DNA from: Oculina patagonica
Lineage: Eukaryota
Direction of reading: 5' to 3'
Assembly: GCF_052425735.1 (NCBI RefSeq)
Contig: NC_135759.1
Coordinates: 41,664,001 to 41,728,000, forward strand
Length of the DNA: 64,000 nucleotides
The notes beneath the pieces were generated by a model that was not told the origin of the DNA, made no database searches, and saw nothing but the letters and a program-made list of their open reading frames with translations. Both the position numbers and the translations under genes were made by a program. Shown here piece by piece: positions 1 to 12,200 of this stretch (within the stretch, counting starts at the first letter, position 1; every line of letters starts with the position of its first letter).

Positions 1-95
1 AATCAGGAGTCTGCCCAGAACGCAGCCCACGATCTCCAAGATACTTTAGAAAAATAAGTAAAAAATGTTGGCTACTAAATTGAACACCCACCCAC

Positions 96-3000
96 CTCTT
101 GAAGACCTTCTTCCTCGTCTACCTCTGCCGCCGCGGCCAGCCGCTGCGCCCGTAGTATCAAAAGGTTTGTCCACTCCAGGCACAGCTCTTTTCTCAGGAG
201 CCTCCTCTTCGACCTTTTCCTCTTCCCGGCGTTTGAGACATGCTGCTTTTGGGTTAAGGTTTCGTTCTACGACGAGCCAAGAAAATGGTGTTAGTTAGGT
301 AAACACTGAGGTGAAATAAAGGTGATGATGTGATGTGAGGTAGAAAGACAGAGAGATAATACTCGTAAGGGAAAAGTAGTTCAAAATCACAGGGTCAGCC
401 TTCATTTCACGGAACTGGCAAACTGTCCAGTTTAAACAACCCCCAAGGAACTGGTAACGCAAAGCCAGGCTTACCTCGCACTTGTGATTCTAAACTTGTG
501 ATAACTGATACTGCTTGGTGAAGGATGACAAGCTGTGGAACAAAGAAACGACTTTAAGACAAACAGTTGAAAACTAAAGATGACAAGTAAATATAAGTCC
601 ACCGTGAGAGGTTATTACCAACAGCACTCATAAATGTTATATGTAAAACAAGGTCAAAACGCAGGCACGAATAGGACGTGGACAACAATACCTTGGTGGT
701 ATAATTTATAACGAAAACAGTCTTATAAAATCAGCACAAGGCTAAAAAAAGATTTTGGAAAGGAATGATGAATAAGAGAATAGTCTGACTCTGAAGCAAT
801 GGATTACTCCAAATCTGGTAATCTGAAATTGATTGAACAGAAATAATGCCAGCCACACTTATTAAATAACTGAACGGTAGCTACCTCTACAAATGGAAAA
901 AGAGAACTCAACTTAGACCTGATGTTGTTTTCTGTTTTGTTACCTTCGTTGTTACCTTGGTTTGGGGTTTGTCACTCTCTAAATGCAATTGACACATTCG
1001 ACCCAATTCTTTGAAGGCGCCGTTGATGTCTCGAACTCTCATCCTGTAATAAAGAGTTACGATTATTTGAGTTGTAGGTAGCTTAGTGCCTCACCTTAGT
1101 CTGTTTAGAATTAGAGTTGGATTTGTCACCCAGTAAATGCATCATACACATTCTTCCCAATTCTTTGAAGGCTCCATTTATGTCTCGAACTCTCAACCTG
1201 CAAGGTGCAGAGCACAAATTTGTACTGTTGAATATCAAATCAGGGCTTTTTTTCTTTCTTTTGCAGGGCCTCTGGAAAAATCAAATTACCTTGAGCCTTT
1301 TTAATGGTCGATTAAAGGTTAAACGTTCCTTCTGAATGCTTTAACTATTTTTGTATTAGAGATAACCTTCCTTACCTTATCCTCATCGGGCCCATGAGGA
1401 CTCTTGAGGCCGGTGTATTAGAGACAATGGGCATTTAATTTCAAACTACACCACGGTAATCTCACCCCATTTAACCAACAAAGACGCCCCCACCCTCCCC
1501 CTTCTGCCACACCCAGACAAACAGAATGAACTCTGACATTGGATTACTCACACAAGACAAACGTTGTAACAGTTGGAAGGGCAAAAGAAGACCCAGCACC
1601 AGAAGGAATAAGCATGCAGCAAGCCAAACCACACAAAGACTACAGTCCTTAGTTTACTAAGATCAAGATCTCTGACTACATATTTTAAGCTTCTCACCTT
1701 TCCCTAGCATTATTTGCGTATCTTCTTTCTTGTTCTCTCACAACTCTGACTCTGCCAGTGCCATCGTCAATGCCATCATCCGTTAATTTATCATCATCGT
1801 CTTCTTCACCGTCCACAATTAAGTCCCTACTGTCCATTTCGTCTAGATCCCCGTTGCTCTTCATATCTTGTTTTGAGGATGAGTCTTTGCTGTTTTTAGG
1901 ACCATCACCCCCAGTGTCCATTTTAGAGCCATCTGCAAATTGAATACGAAAATGATTTTCAACAAAAGCCATGTTATAACACTATTCAAGCCGCAGTGGA
2001 CCAATGACCTGTGTGCATTACGTGCATAAACCAGAGGTAAAATCTTCGGGGCAGATTGTGAACATTGTCTTTGTGTTGTGTTCTTGCATAAGACACTTTA
2101 CTCTCACAGTGCCTCTCTCCACTCAAGTGTACAAATGGGTAACAGCAATTTGTTGGAGACAATCTGAGCTGGATGCAATGAGCTAGACACAAACTCGTTC
2201 CCAGGGTCTCTCTCCCACCACCAGAGCGAGAGAAGAGACAGACCCTAGGATCGAGATTAAACTAGAAACCATCGCCTTTAGAGGAAGTAGCCACACATCA
2301 CCCCATTTGCTCTACAAAAAGTAAAGTTACTAGATTTCAACTTTGCAGGGTCTGCTGGTCAACAACAGCAGTTGAAGTGAAACAACATCGGGTAGTACTA
2401 CACTTTCTTACAGTCTAACAACTGCCATTATTTGTCCAAAGAATGACCACCACACTTCCAGCCTACTTATCTAAAATGGTACTAGCCAGATAATTGATGT
2501 ATAGTGAAGAATGAATGAATAACTTTATTAATGCGTCGAGAATGTTTAGCTCATAACAACCTTAGCTCATAACAACCTTAAGTTGAGCAAGAAGATCAAG
2601 GTTGAAATGATAAGTGTACATACATCTTGACTCGCTGGTCTCGGAGTTACTTGGAGACATCTGTGAGCCTGCCCCTCTACTTGACAAGTTACTGGGAGAT
2701 GCCATTCCTGGGTCGTCTTCCATTCCACTATGTCCACCACTCTGAGATCACAAAACAAAAACTCAATCAATACAGCTCCATAAAATCACATCTCAAGCGA
2801 ATATTATGAGGGATGGGACTCTGCCTCGAGGAGTTCCAATCACGAGATGCCATCAACAAAAACTCAATCAATACAGATCCTTAAAAAACAACTCACATCT
2901 AAAGTGAATATTATGAGGGATGAGACTCTGACTCAGGGAATTCGAATGATGAGAGGCCATTGACAAAAGTGAAAAAACAATCAATACAATCCTTAAAAAA

Positions 3001-3203
3001 CAACTTTCATCTCAAGCGAATATTATGAGGTTTGGCACTCTGACTCAAGGAACTCCAATCATGAGAGGCCATCAAAAACTTGAATTTGTGAAGGCTTCAT
3101 TAATCTAATTCAAAATTAGACTACAAGCCCAAGTTTTCTATAAGCGAATAGCCAACAAGGCACAGTCAAAGGGGACTATCGCTTATAGAAACTCGGGCTC
3201 GTG

Positions 3204-3237
<34 letters not shown>

Positions 3238-6200
3238 AAGGCTAGTAAAAATGCAGTTTTGGCTAGTAGGTTTTGGCCTTTCACTAGCCAAAATGGCTAG
3301 TGAAAAAATCAGGCATAAGTGACAAGAAACCGCATTTATTAAAATCGTCTCTTAGAGAATATAACTAAGTAAACTGTTGACATTATAGAATGTAAAGCTT
3401 TAAACAACCTAGTTGACAAAAACGCATGTACATGTACAATTTTTATAGTGAAGAACAAAGCCCAATTCTGTAAGAAAAAAAAAACATGAAGTTTTAAGGA
3501 ATATTTTACGGCTCAAGGTTTAAACATTATCGCACATTGTTTTCACCCTTCACCCTCCCCCCCCCCCCCCCTTAAAAGAAGAACTATGCTTAAAAATTGT
3601 GGCTAGTAGAAAATAAGTTTTGGCTAGTGAAATCAAAGCTGTCACTAGCCACTTGGCTAGTTAGCAAAAAAGTTAGTCTCGAGCCCTGCGTGGTCTAATT
3701 GTTTCAGTAGAAACTCTAAAGGATTGTAGTTCAAATGGTGCGATTATATGTAATTTTGAGCCAAAAATAAAAATAATTGCCCCTTTAAAGAGAAACATGC
3801 ATGTGATCATGTTCTATCAGCAAATAGAAAACAGTGGGAGAACCAATCAGATTTTCGGATTTTCAATAGAACACAGCTGAGTTTCTACTAAAGTGCATTA
3901 CAAAACACTTGGCTCACCATTTGATCCATGGGTTGCACAGCTGAAGGTACACTACTTCCCACAGTTGTTGAATAACCTACAGGCTGAACACCACCACTAC
4001 TACCTGCAGCCGCAGCAGCTGCTGCTGCTGCACTCAGCAGGCTTCCAGCTACAACAGGCGACATCCCAGGAGGGAGACTACCTTCAGCATGGGTACGTAG
4101 AACATGAATAGCATCATCAAGCCTTTCCTCCATTCTGCTTTGCTGTAATGTCAACAGGACAGATGGTTAGGTTAAAGGTTTAGTCACGATTTAAATGACT
4201 ATCAAGAAAAACTGTATATAATACTAACAGTTTACATGTAGTTTCCATAACTTAGTAATAGCCTTAGTTTCAAAACATAGGGAACATAATGCACCTATCA
4301 ATGTTTAGCCATAGGAGGGAGAGGCTGGGCATAGGCCGGGCATTTGAACTTAACCGAGAATTTCTGTTCAAATGCCCAACCCCAGAGCATTTGTGGATGT
4401 TGAAAAGAGTCACTAAACTTCAATAAAATGTTGTTAGAAAGTCCATTAAAATGGTCACAAGTCACCACTACAGGCAAACAATTGCCGCCAAATCCCTTGT
4501 CTGTGCCCCCCCCCCCCCCCCCAGCGGCTTAACATTGATAGGTGCATAACATATTTGTATTACTTACAAGAGAGTGTAAGTGGCTCTCATATGGTGGTGA
4601 TGTTGGTTGATTAGTTCTTCCCCAGCTTGCAGAATGTCCTGATGCTCCTGAGCCAGCTGTTAAAATGATATAATATACCAATATTCACTTATAATTATCA
4701 TAATCATCATGATTCAATGAGTTCATGACCCTTCATCCTCATCGTAACCATCATATCATCGTTGTGTTGTCAACACATAGCATTCTACATGAACTCAGAG
4801 AAAATTGTGTGCACATAAAAACAAAAGATTTTTTTTTGAAAACTAAAATGCACCACTCGGCATTGTTGACTTCCAAAGTGTGTAGTTCCTTCACTGGGCA
4901 CAAATTTAAACTCAAATGTAAACATGTCCTGCTACATTTGGTGAGGATTTGCTTCCTTGTTCCTACTACATGTGGGTAAGTGGTTATTAAATGGTTATAC
5001 CACTGACTTTCTGATTAAATCTCAATCTACATTTCTGACTTCCATCAAGGAAGTGCCACAAGAAACATAGCTTGCATCATTGTGTACAATGTCGGCATGT
5101 TCATCATTCTCCTGGCATCAGCAGCTAGTCAATGATTAGTTATGTCCTACCTGACAAGGGTCTTTCATTAACACTGGCCAAGGGTGGAGGAGAGGCAACT
5201 GGTGTTGAGGGGTTTGACGAGTATGACCCACCATTGTCTGTGGGGTAAATCTGCAAAAATATTTGTTTGGTTAACTGTACTGACTCTACTGGCTCTAGGT
5301 AATCAAGATCTTAAATTACAGTCAAATCCACATATTGGTTGATTACAGTAAGTGGTAACATAACAATGATTCAGGGTATCTTAATATTTGACTTTTTAAG
5401 CCTGCTTGAGTCTCCTTGGCCCTGTAGCTCAGAGGTTAGAGAATCTGACCAGTATATATGTGGCAAAACTGTACATCAGGGACTCCTTGTTCCACGCTCG
5501 TAATAAAAGAAGTTACATATCTCTCAGTGTGTCTGGTTGTTCAGAATACAACACTTACTGATGCCAAGGCTTTGCCAAGCGTGTCTCCAGTCTGTGAGCC
5601 AGATGTTGGGACCCTAGAGCTGTGAGGAGCTACACGGAAAAAAAGAAATAGAAATACAATAAACAACAAGCAATAAATTAATCAACAAGGGAATTTCGAA
5701 GAGGCAGTAAGAAATCATCAGAAATCAGCCTCAGGTTTAATTTGCAAATAGAACAACTTCCAATACTTATAGTATCTGTAGTTTATTATTATGATAATTA
5801 TACAAATATAGCTGAACAGCTTCAAGGCAAAGTTCATACCCATTGGATCACTTCCATTGAGGGGAGGTGAGACAGAAGAATGTAGATAAGGAGATGATTG
5901 TCCATGGTGCATTCCAGACTGCCTAAAGGATGTCATAGGTGGTAATGTTGAAAGTCTATCCATTGGTTCACCATGGGCCAGGTGATGGTATCCCTGTGGA
6001 AAGGTGTGTTAAAACTGATAAGCTGACACAGTGTTACCAAGGAGAGAAATGACAAATCACAATTTGATTAAAAGTAATTCAACTAAGAAGGCACAAATTG
6101 ACTGTCAGAAGGAGGGGTGGGGGTGGCATCTGTATCTTTAACAAATTTGACAAAACCAGGCTTAATGAATCGTTTCTAATTTATCAAAAATTAATCAGTA

Positions 6201-9200
6201 TCAATAGTTGATATGTCCATTGACACTGGCAATCGATAATAATCAAACTAACAGAATTTTTATCAACTATATTGGCTTATCAATTCAGCATGCCTGGGAT
6301 AACACCAACTACTGTTGAGCATGCCCATTCAGCCAAGATCTTACGCTAGGAATCCATCAGAAACATTTTTATCAAATGCGTTGCAACCTTGAATTTTTTG
6401 TGCCCCTATTTTCAGGGCCTTCACTATGCTAGAAAACAGTAGCGAAATAATTTTGTGGGATTTTTTGGACTTAGGTACTTGAGTACATAATCACATTGCA
6501 AACTAATACATGTTGTAAAAGCTTTTACAGTAAAAATTCTTATTAAATAAGTACATCTAAAAAACAGTATACAAGCTGTTATTAATTGAAGGGAAAGATA
6601 TGAAGTCATTAATATTATTATTTATGAAGAAATCAGCAAGCTTATGATGAGTTCCATAAGTTATTACTATTATGCACACAAGAAATCACTAAGGAAAAAC
6701 ATACACAACACCAAAAACAATCATTAATCTTCCACTCTAAACATTCCAAGCTGCAACTTTCAAATGTACAGTCATGATGAGTGAAATCTTTTGTTGGAGA
6801 CTAGATCTCCTAGGAAGGTTAACAAATTGGAGAAAATTCTGTTGTTGTGTTTTTACAAATGGGGGCTTTTACTCCAACATGGTGTGGTAAAGTCCTTATT
6901 GTAACCATTACATCAACAATGGTTAAAAACACTAGAAGTGATTTGCCACAACAACAAAATACCAACTTCAGTAGAAAAAAAAACCCTCTCAGGAATCAAC
7001 TTCTTTGTTTTGATTTGAATACAGTTACAGCTTTTCTTTCTTCAGACATGTTACAAGGTTCCCTCAAGAGTTTTGACAGTCAGCATCAGCCAGTATAAAG
7101 ACAGGATGTCCAGCTTTACAGTAGCACTCTAAAACCCTTAATACCACCAGTATGTTATGCGTATACCCCGTACAGTGATTAGAGCCTTAGCTGAGCTTAT
7201 TCTAAAGTAGTTTAGAAGAAGTGATCAGCACATGGCTGAATGTACAATGTATGTGCATTTAACACCATAAACTGTGCCCACCCTCGACTGGTGAATAGCT
7301 GGACCCTTTGCTAACGCTGAAACAGGAATACCACGAACGTCGCTCTAAAAACAAACAAATAAACAAAACCCCTCATCATAAACATAAAAGCAAAAAACAC
7401 AACCTCCCAGCTAGAAAATACCAAAGCAAAGATGTGACTTGTGCAAACAGCTTTGCATGTTGACTTACCATGCCATCTCTTGGATGCATGCCATAACTGT
7501 TGCCATATGACCCTGCTGAACTGGAGTAAGATCCTGGGCCAAGTTGGCCACCATGCCCCCATGGATCAGGTGAGCCGTGATCTATGAATAAACCAAACAA
7601 TACATGAGAATGTAAGAAACCAAAGAGGACAGTCATCAACCATGGATGACTCAAAGGAAAACTTGTTCCCTTGCATTTGCTTCATTTGGTCAAACCTGCA
7701 ATTTTACCCCAAATTTCTCAAATTCCTTATTTCTCACACCAATTTTTGTTTCCAGAAATTGGGAATCTACCATACATCGATAATGAATACAAGGGTAAAA
7801 TGCTGGTTTCTTATTAAGATTAAAATGTTTCTAATTTAAGACACTGGATATCCATCAAAGTCAAGTTCATTGTATTCAAACAAACTTAAACATAAGTTAT
7901 AAACCTATATTAATTAACAATAGAAAATACCACAAAGCCATAGAGAAATGAATAACCAGAAATAAACAACATTGAAAAAAATTACAAACATGTATATGAA
8001 AATCACATTTTGGTCAGTTGAAGGCAAACAAGTAATCCCGAAAAGCAAACACTAATTACAAAACAGGTAGAACTGGTGGGGAACACTTTCAACAGGCCAT
8101 AAAATAAATGTGTGACATCAATTGGTTAACTTTTGTAAGTTTACTTTAAATTTCTCGGCAGGGTTAAAAAAAATATTAAGAGAAAGTTGATAGTAAGGTC
8201 ACTTCTATTGCCATCAGGAAATGAGCAGATTGACCAAAAATTTAGTGTTGTGACCTGCAAGGAAAAACTACAATGTACTCTAATCCTTTTTGATATTGCT
8301 ATTTTGTGAATTGTTGTTTCTTTTCTTTAACAATACTAAATTTTAAAATTGAAAGGAAATATTCAGTCATAAAAGACTTTCAACTTTACATTTTGTAATG
8401 TAAAAGTTGTGAGTCTTTAATGACTGAGTATTGTTAAAGAAAAGAAACAACAATTCACAAAATAGCGAAGCTACATATTCATTGCAGCCAAATTGTTGCA
8501 GGAAGAATGTACAAATTTAAGATAAAAGCAAAATTTAGAGTATCAATTCAGAATTTATCCAGCAGTTTGCACTGAGAATGGCAGTAAAATATAGGGTGGT
8601 GTAAAGTGTATGAGTATACAAAAACACTGCTAGGAATTCTTGGAATCAGCAACAATCTTAGGTTTATTATCAAAAACAGGAAGTTGGGTCAAATGTGCAA
8701 TTTAAGATTTCCACAATCTCAAAAAACGCAATCAACTTTTCGCTAAGTTGAATCACTGTACTAACTACAGTCGTAACCACAAGTTAACCAGATCTATAAG
8801 CTCTTTCCATTAACAGCAGTTAATTTGAATAGCAGATTAAACATAAAATGATGCATCTATGAAGTGGTGGTTTATCCGTCTCATCTGGTGCAATGATAAT
8901 TTAGAAGCCAGATGCTACAGTGTAAAAACAGATCAACAAGGACATGAAGGTTTTCTTCATGAAACTGTATTTTGCTTCCGTGAATTATAAAAAAAAATTC
9001 TTCACTAAAACCCAATCTACATTCTTGAACCAAACAGCATCCATTCCACAACAGAAATTTAGCCAGCATTTCTACATGCAGAAAGTTGAGAGGGATTGAA
9101 ATGTCAGAAATCCTGGAATGAAATAAGAAAATTGAAGGAAAAAGCGAATACACAAAAAGCTGCTTTCACTGGCACAAGGAAAATCACTGATTCAAAATAC

Positions 9201-12200
9201 ACATTTGGCTGATGACAGAATAATGTTACTTCAGCTGGAAACCACAAATCAAGTGTTTATGGACACAAATGCATATAACAGCCTGTACCACACCACACTA
9301 CCTGAAATTGCCTGCAATGAAAAAGTCATCATGTGTGGATTTAAGCCACTGCAGGTCTTTAACAGACTTGTAATTATTAATAGCCAGTTGAGCTTCTTCA
9401 TCTTAAACACATGTGTTTTAGGGACATGTCCATTGCAACAGCAACAACATTTGTTACATCCCTGCACAGTTATTAATTTTTTCCTAGTTTGTGGATACAA
9501 CAATCTTGCAAATGATGTTTTATCTTTCTTTAGCTGTGTACAAAAGTTGGAAAGCCTAGTTTCCTCAATCATCAACATGTTAAGATCATACAAGAGGGGA
9601 TAGCACTATGAAATCAACTGTTGCTCTTTTTAAGTGCTTCATGGCTGCCTTATCAAGCACAAAGAAACATTGAAGGAATGTCAGGTAAGATTTAGGAACA
9701 GAAAATCAAAATGCTAAAATCATATCCTTGGTGGCTTTAATGTCAAAACACACAGTACATTTTAACTAGTCTGGTAGCAAAACAGACCACAACAAGTTGA
9801 CACACAAGAGAGAGAGGGAAACATACTTCATAGATAGTAGATTGTAACAAGAGACTGAGTTTTACAAAATGGTGGTCAAAGAGCACAAGGCAAGCTGCAA
9901 GATGTGCTGCGTAACATGTTAAGTGCTAATCCTTCTTACCCATGTAGTAAGTATCCGCATAGATTCCTCCTTTTGGAGAGTAATGGGATTGAGTTAGGGC
10001 ATCCCCAGGATGAGGCATCATGTCATCAGCACCAGGCGAATAGACCTATAAAAGAACCAACAATGTTTAATTTTAGCATTCCAAAGAATGAAAAGGATGC
10101 ATATTACATGCCAAAGCACACAAAAAGATAAACTAAGATCAAGAGGCAAATGAAGACAGCAGTCACTTATAAAAGCACTGGCTTGTCATTTCACCACCAA
10201 GCATCCTCTTATATATTTACTCTAATATTTTAAACAATAATTGCAGAGGAAAAGCACATGTAAATTGTCTTTTCGCAGGGGGTCACAGTGGAGTAACAGT
10301 TGTTTCAAGTTACTCAGCATATGGGATCAAGAAACCGCTTTTAAAAGCTCTTGGAAGTTCTGAAATCTCCACAAGGCTTATCTACATCCTGTTATGACTT
10401 ATTTAGGCTCACAATCTTAGCTGAGAGAAATGACACAGGTAATATTTAAGACCTTCTGTTTCATCTCTGAGGACACATCTTGAAGTCAAAGTGATGTGAC
10501 ATCCGTGTAAATAAACCCAATATTCAAACAACACTGCTCAATAGAAATGCCTCAAATATACTCAGAGATATAAATAATACCTTTCCCCTGGCATGATAGG
10601 GAAGTAGGGGCCTTTGATGAGGATATGGGTGCCTCCACATGGAAAAACCTTTTACAAAAATCACTGCACTAAACAACAGGCCAAGTATTGTCTGGCTTAT
10701 TTTATCTGCTCCCTAACAGCGCCTCATGCAGGCAACATTAGGACTATAATCTAATTACTGAAAGATGATCCTTGCATCTAAACAATGATCTTGGTTATGT
10801 GTTTTACCAATCACAAGCACTCAAGTTCTGATTAGGCTATCATGTGACAAAAGGTGACAGTGATCCTTGACAGAGCCATCACTGTTCTCATGTAATTGTA
10901 TCCCAGTAGAAGAAACCACAATTTCCACAGTCAGGGAAAGAATTTGGCAGCCTTTCCTTCCTATTTTAACAGATGTTTCGTATTTCAAGCTTCACAGCTG
11001 TCAATTGGCTTGAAAAAGCAGGGATTTCTACCAAACCAAAACACTTCATAATAGTGCAATTCACAGAAATTCTGGTTTTGCAAGGGATTAATCATTCTCA
11101 GCTGCATGTTTTTAATCCATCAGCACTGCAAAGAATGACAATACTACACAGTGTTTCTTCTTTAGTCTGCTGGTCTGGAAAAACATTTTTGCAAATCTTA
11201 ACATGTCATTAAAATGTCTTTATAAAATCATTGCAACACCACTTTTCAAAGATCTAGCATTATAAAACCACAGCTTAATCAAGCTTTTTACTGTTGAGTG
11301 AATGGGCTTCTGTGACATTCAATTTCTTGCCTCTCCTCCCTTGGTACTGCTTTTTGCTAACTTCTCATATAACATTAGATCATATTCCCAGTTATTCATT
11401 GATAACATTATTTGGTTGAAGACCAGTGGCAGATCAAGGTCAAATTGTGCATTTTCATGTACAGTATGATAAACTGGTCAAAAGGATTGCTACTGCAACA
11501 TTATCATGGCTCTATCATAAAGGTAAGTCCATTTATATAATGTTAGACCAAGAAACACTGAAGAAAGCCTTGATTTTCCCCAGTTTTTATAGGCACCATG
11601 ATGTTGCCTCCTATTCCTTCTTTTCTATACAGTCAACTCTCTCTTAACGGACACCTCTATAAGAGGGACACCTCCATAAGACGAACACCTGGTTATGGTT
11701 CCTGCCGTTTTTCAGTCATTTTACTGTAAGAAAACTCTCTGTAAGACGGACACCTCTCTAAGACGGACAACGGACACTTTGAAACCGCCAACGGACAGGC
11801 ACTAAAAGTTATTTTTTCGTGAATAATACTTCAAAACTTGTTATCGACATATAGCATAGCAGGTCAGCGCCTTTAGAATACCAAATTTACCAAAAACCAT
11901 CGCTAAAACGCATTACTTCTCTGCTTAAACTTGTAGATTTAGTTTTCTACTTACAGTATCACCGTTTCTTATTAACAAACAAGTCGAATCTCTGATATTA
12001 TTTTTGTTCCACTTTATAGGTTTTGCTAACGTAAGCGACTAAAACAGACGTGTATTCGTTGTGCATAGCCGTTTAGCTTTATCGTCTCAAAATTTCTGGT
12101 GTCACGTTACCTCGACTCTCTATAAGGCGGACACCTCTATAAGACGGACAGTTGGGGCCGGTCCCGACGGTGTCCGTCTTAGAGAGAGTTGACTGTATAA

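Noticed and set aside
692-741. Possible third alternative bHLH exon ending ACCAAG|GT
   Set aside because: No similarity to helix 1 and stops in both relevant frames; at most a poison exon, unsupported.
5417-5500. tRNA-like GGCCCTGTAGCTCAGAGGTTAGAG
   Set aside because: Only an A-box/D-arm, with no T-arm or acceptor stem; a SINE remnant rather than a tRNA gene.
9205-9603. Overlapping 132-aa and 114-aa ORFs
   Set aside because: Intronic, no recognisable domain, composition like background DNA.
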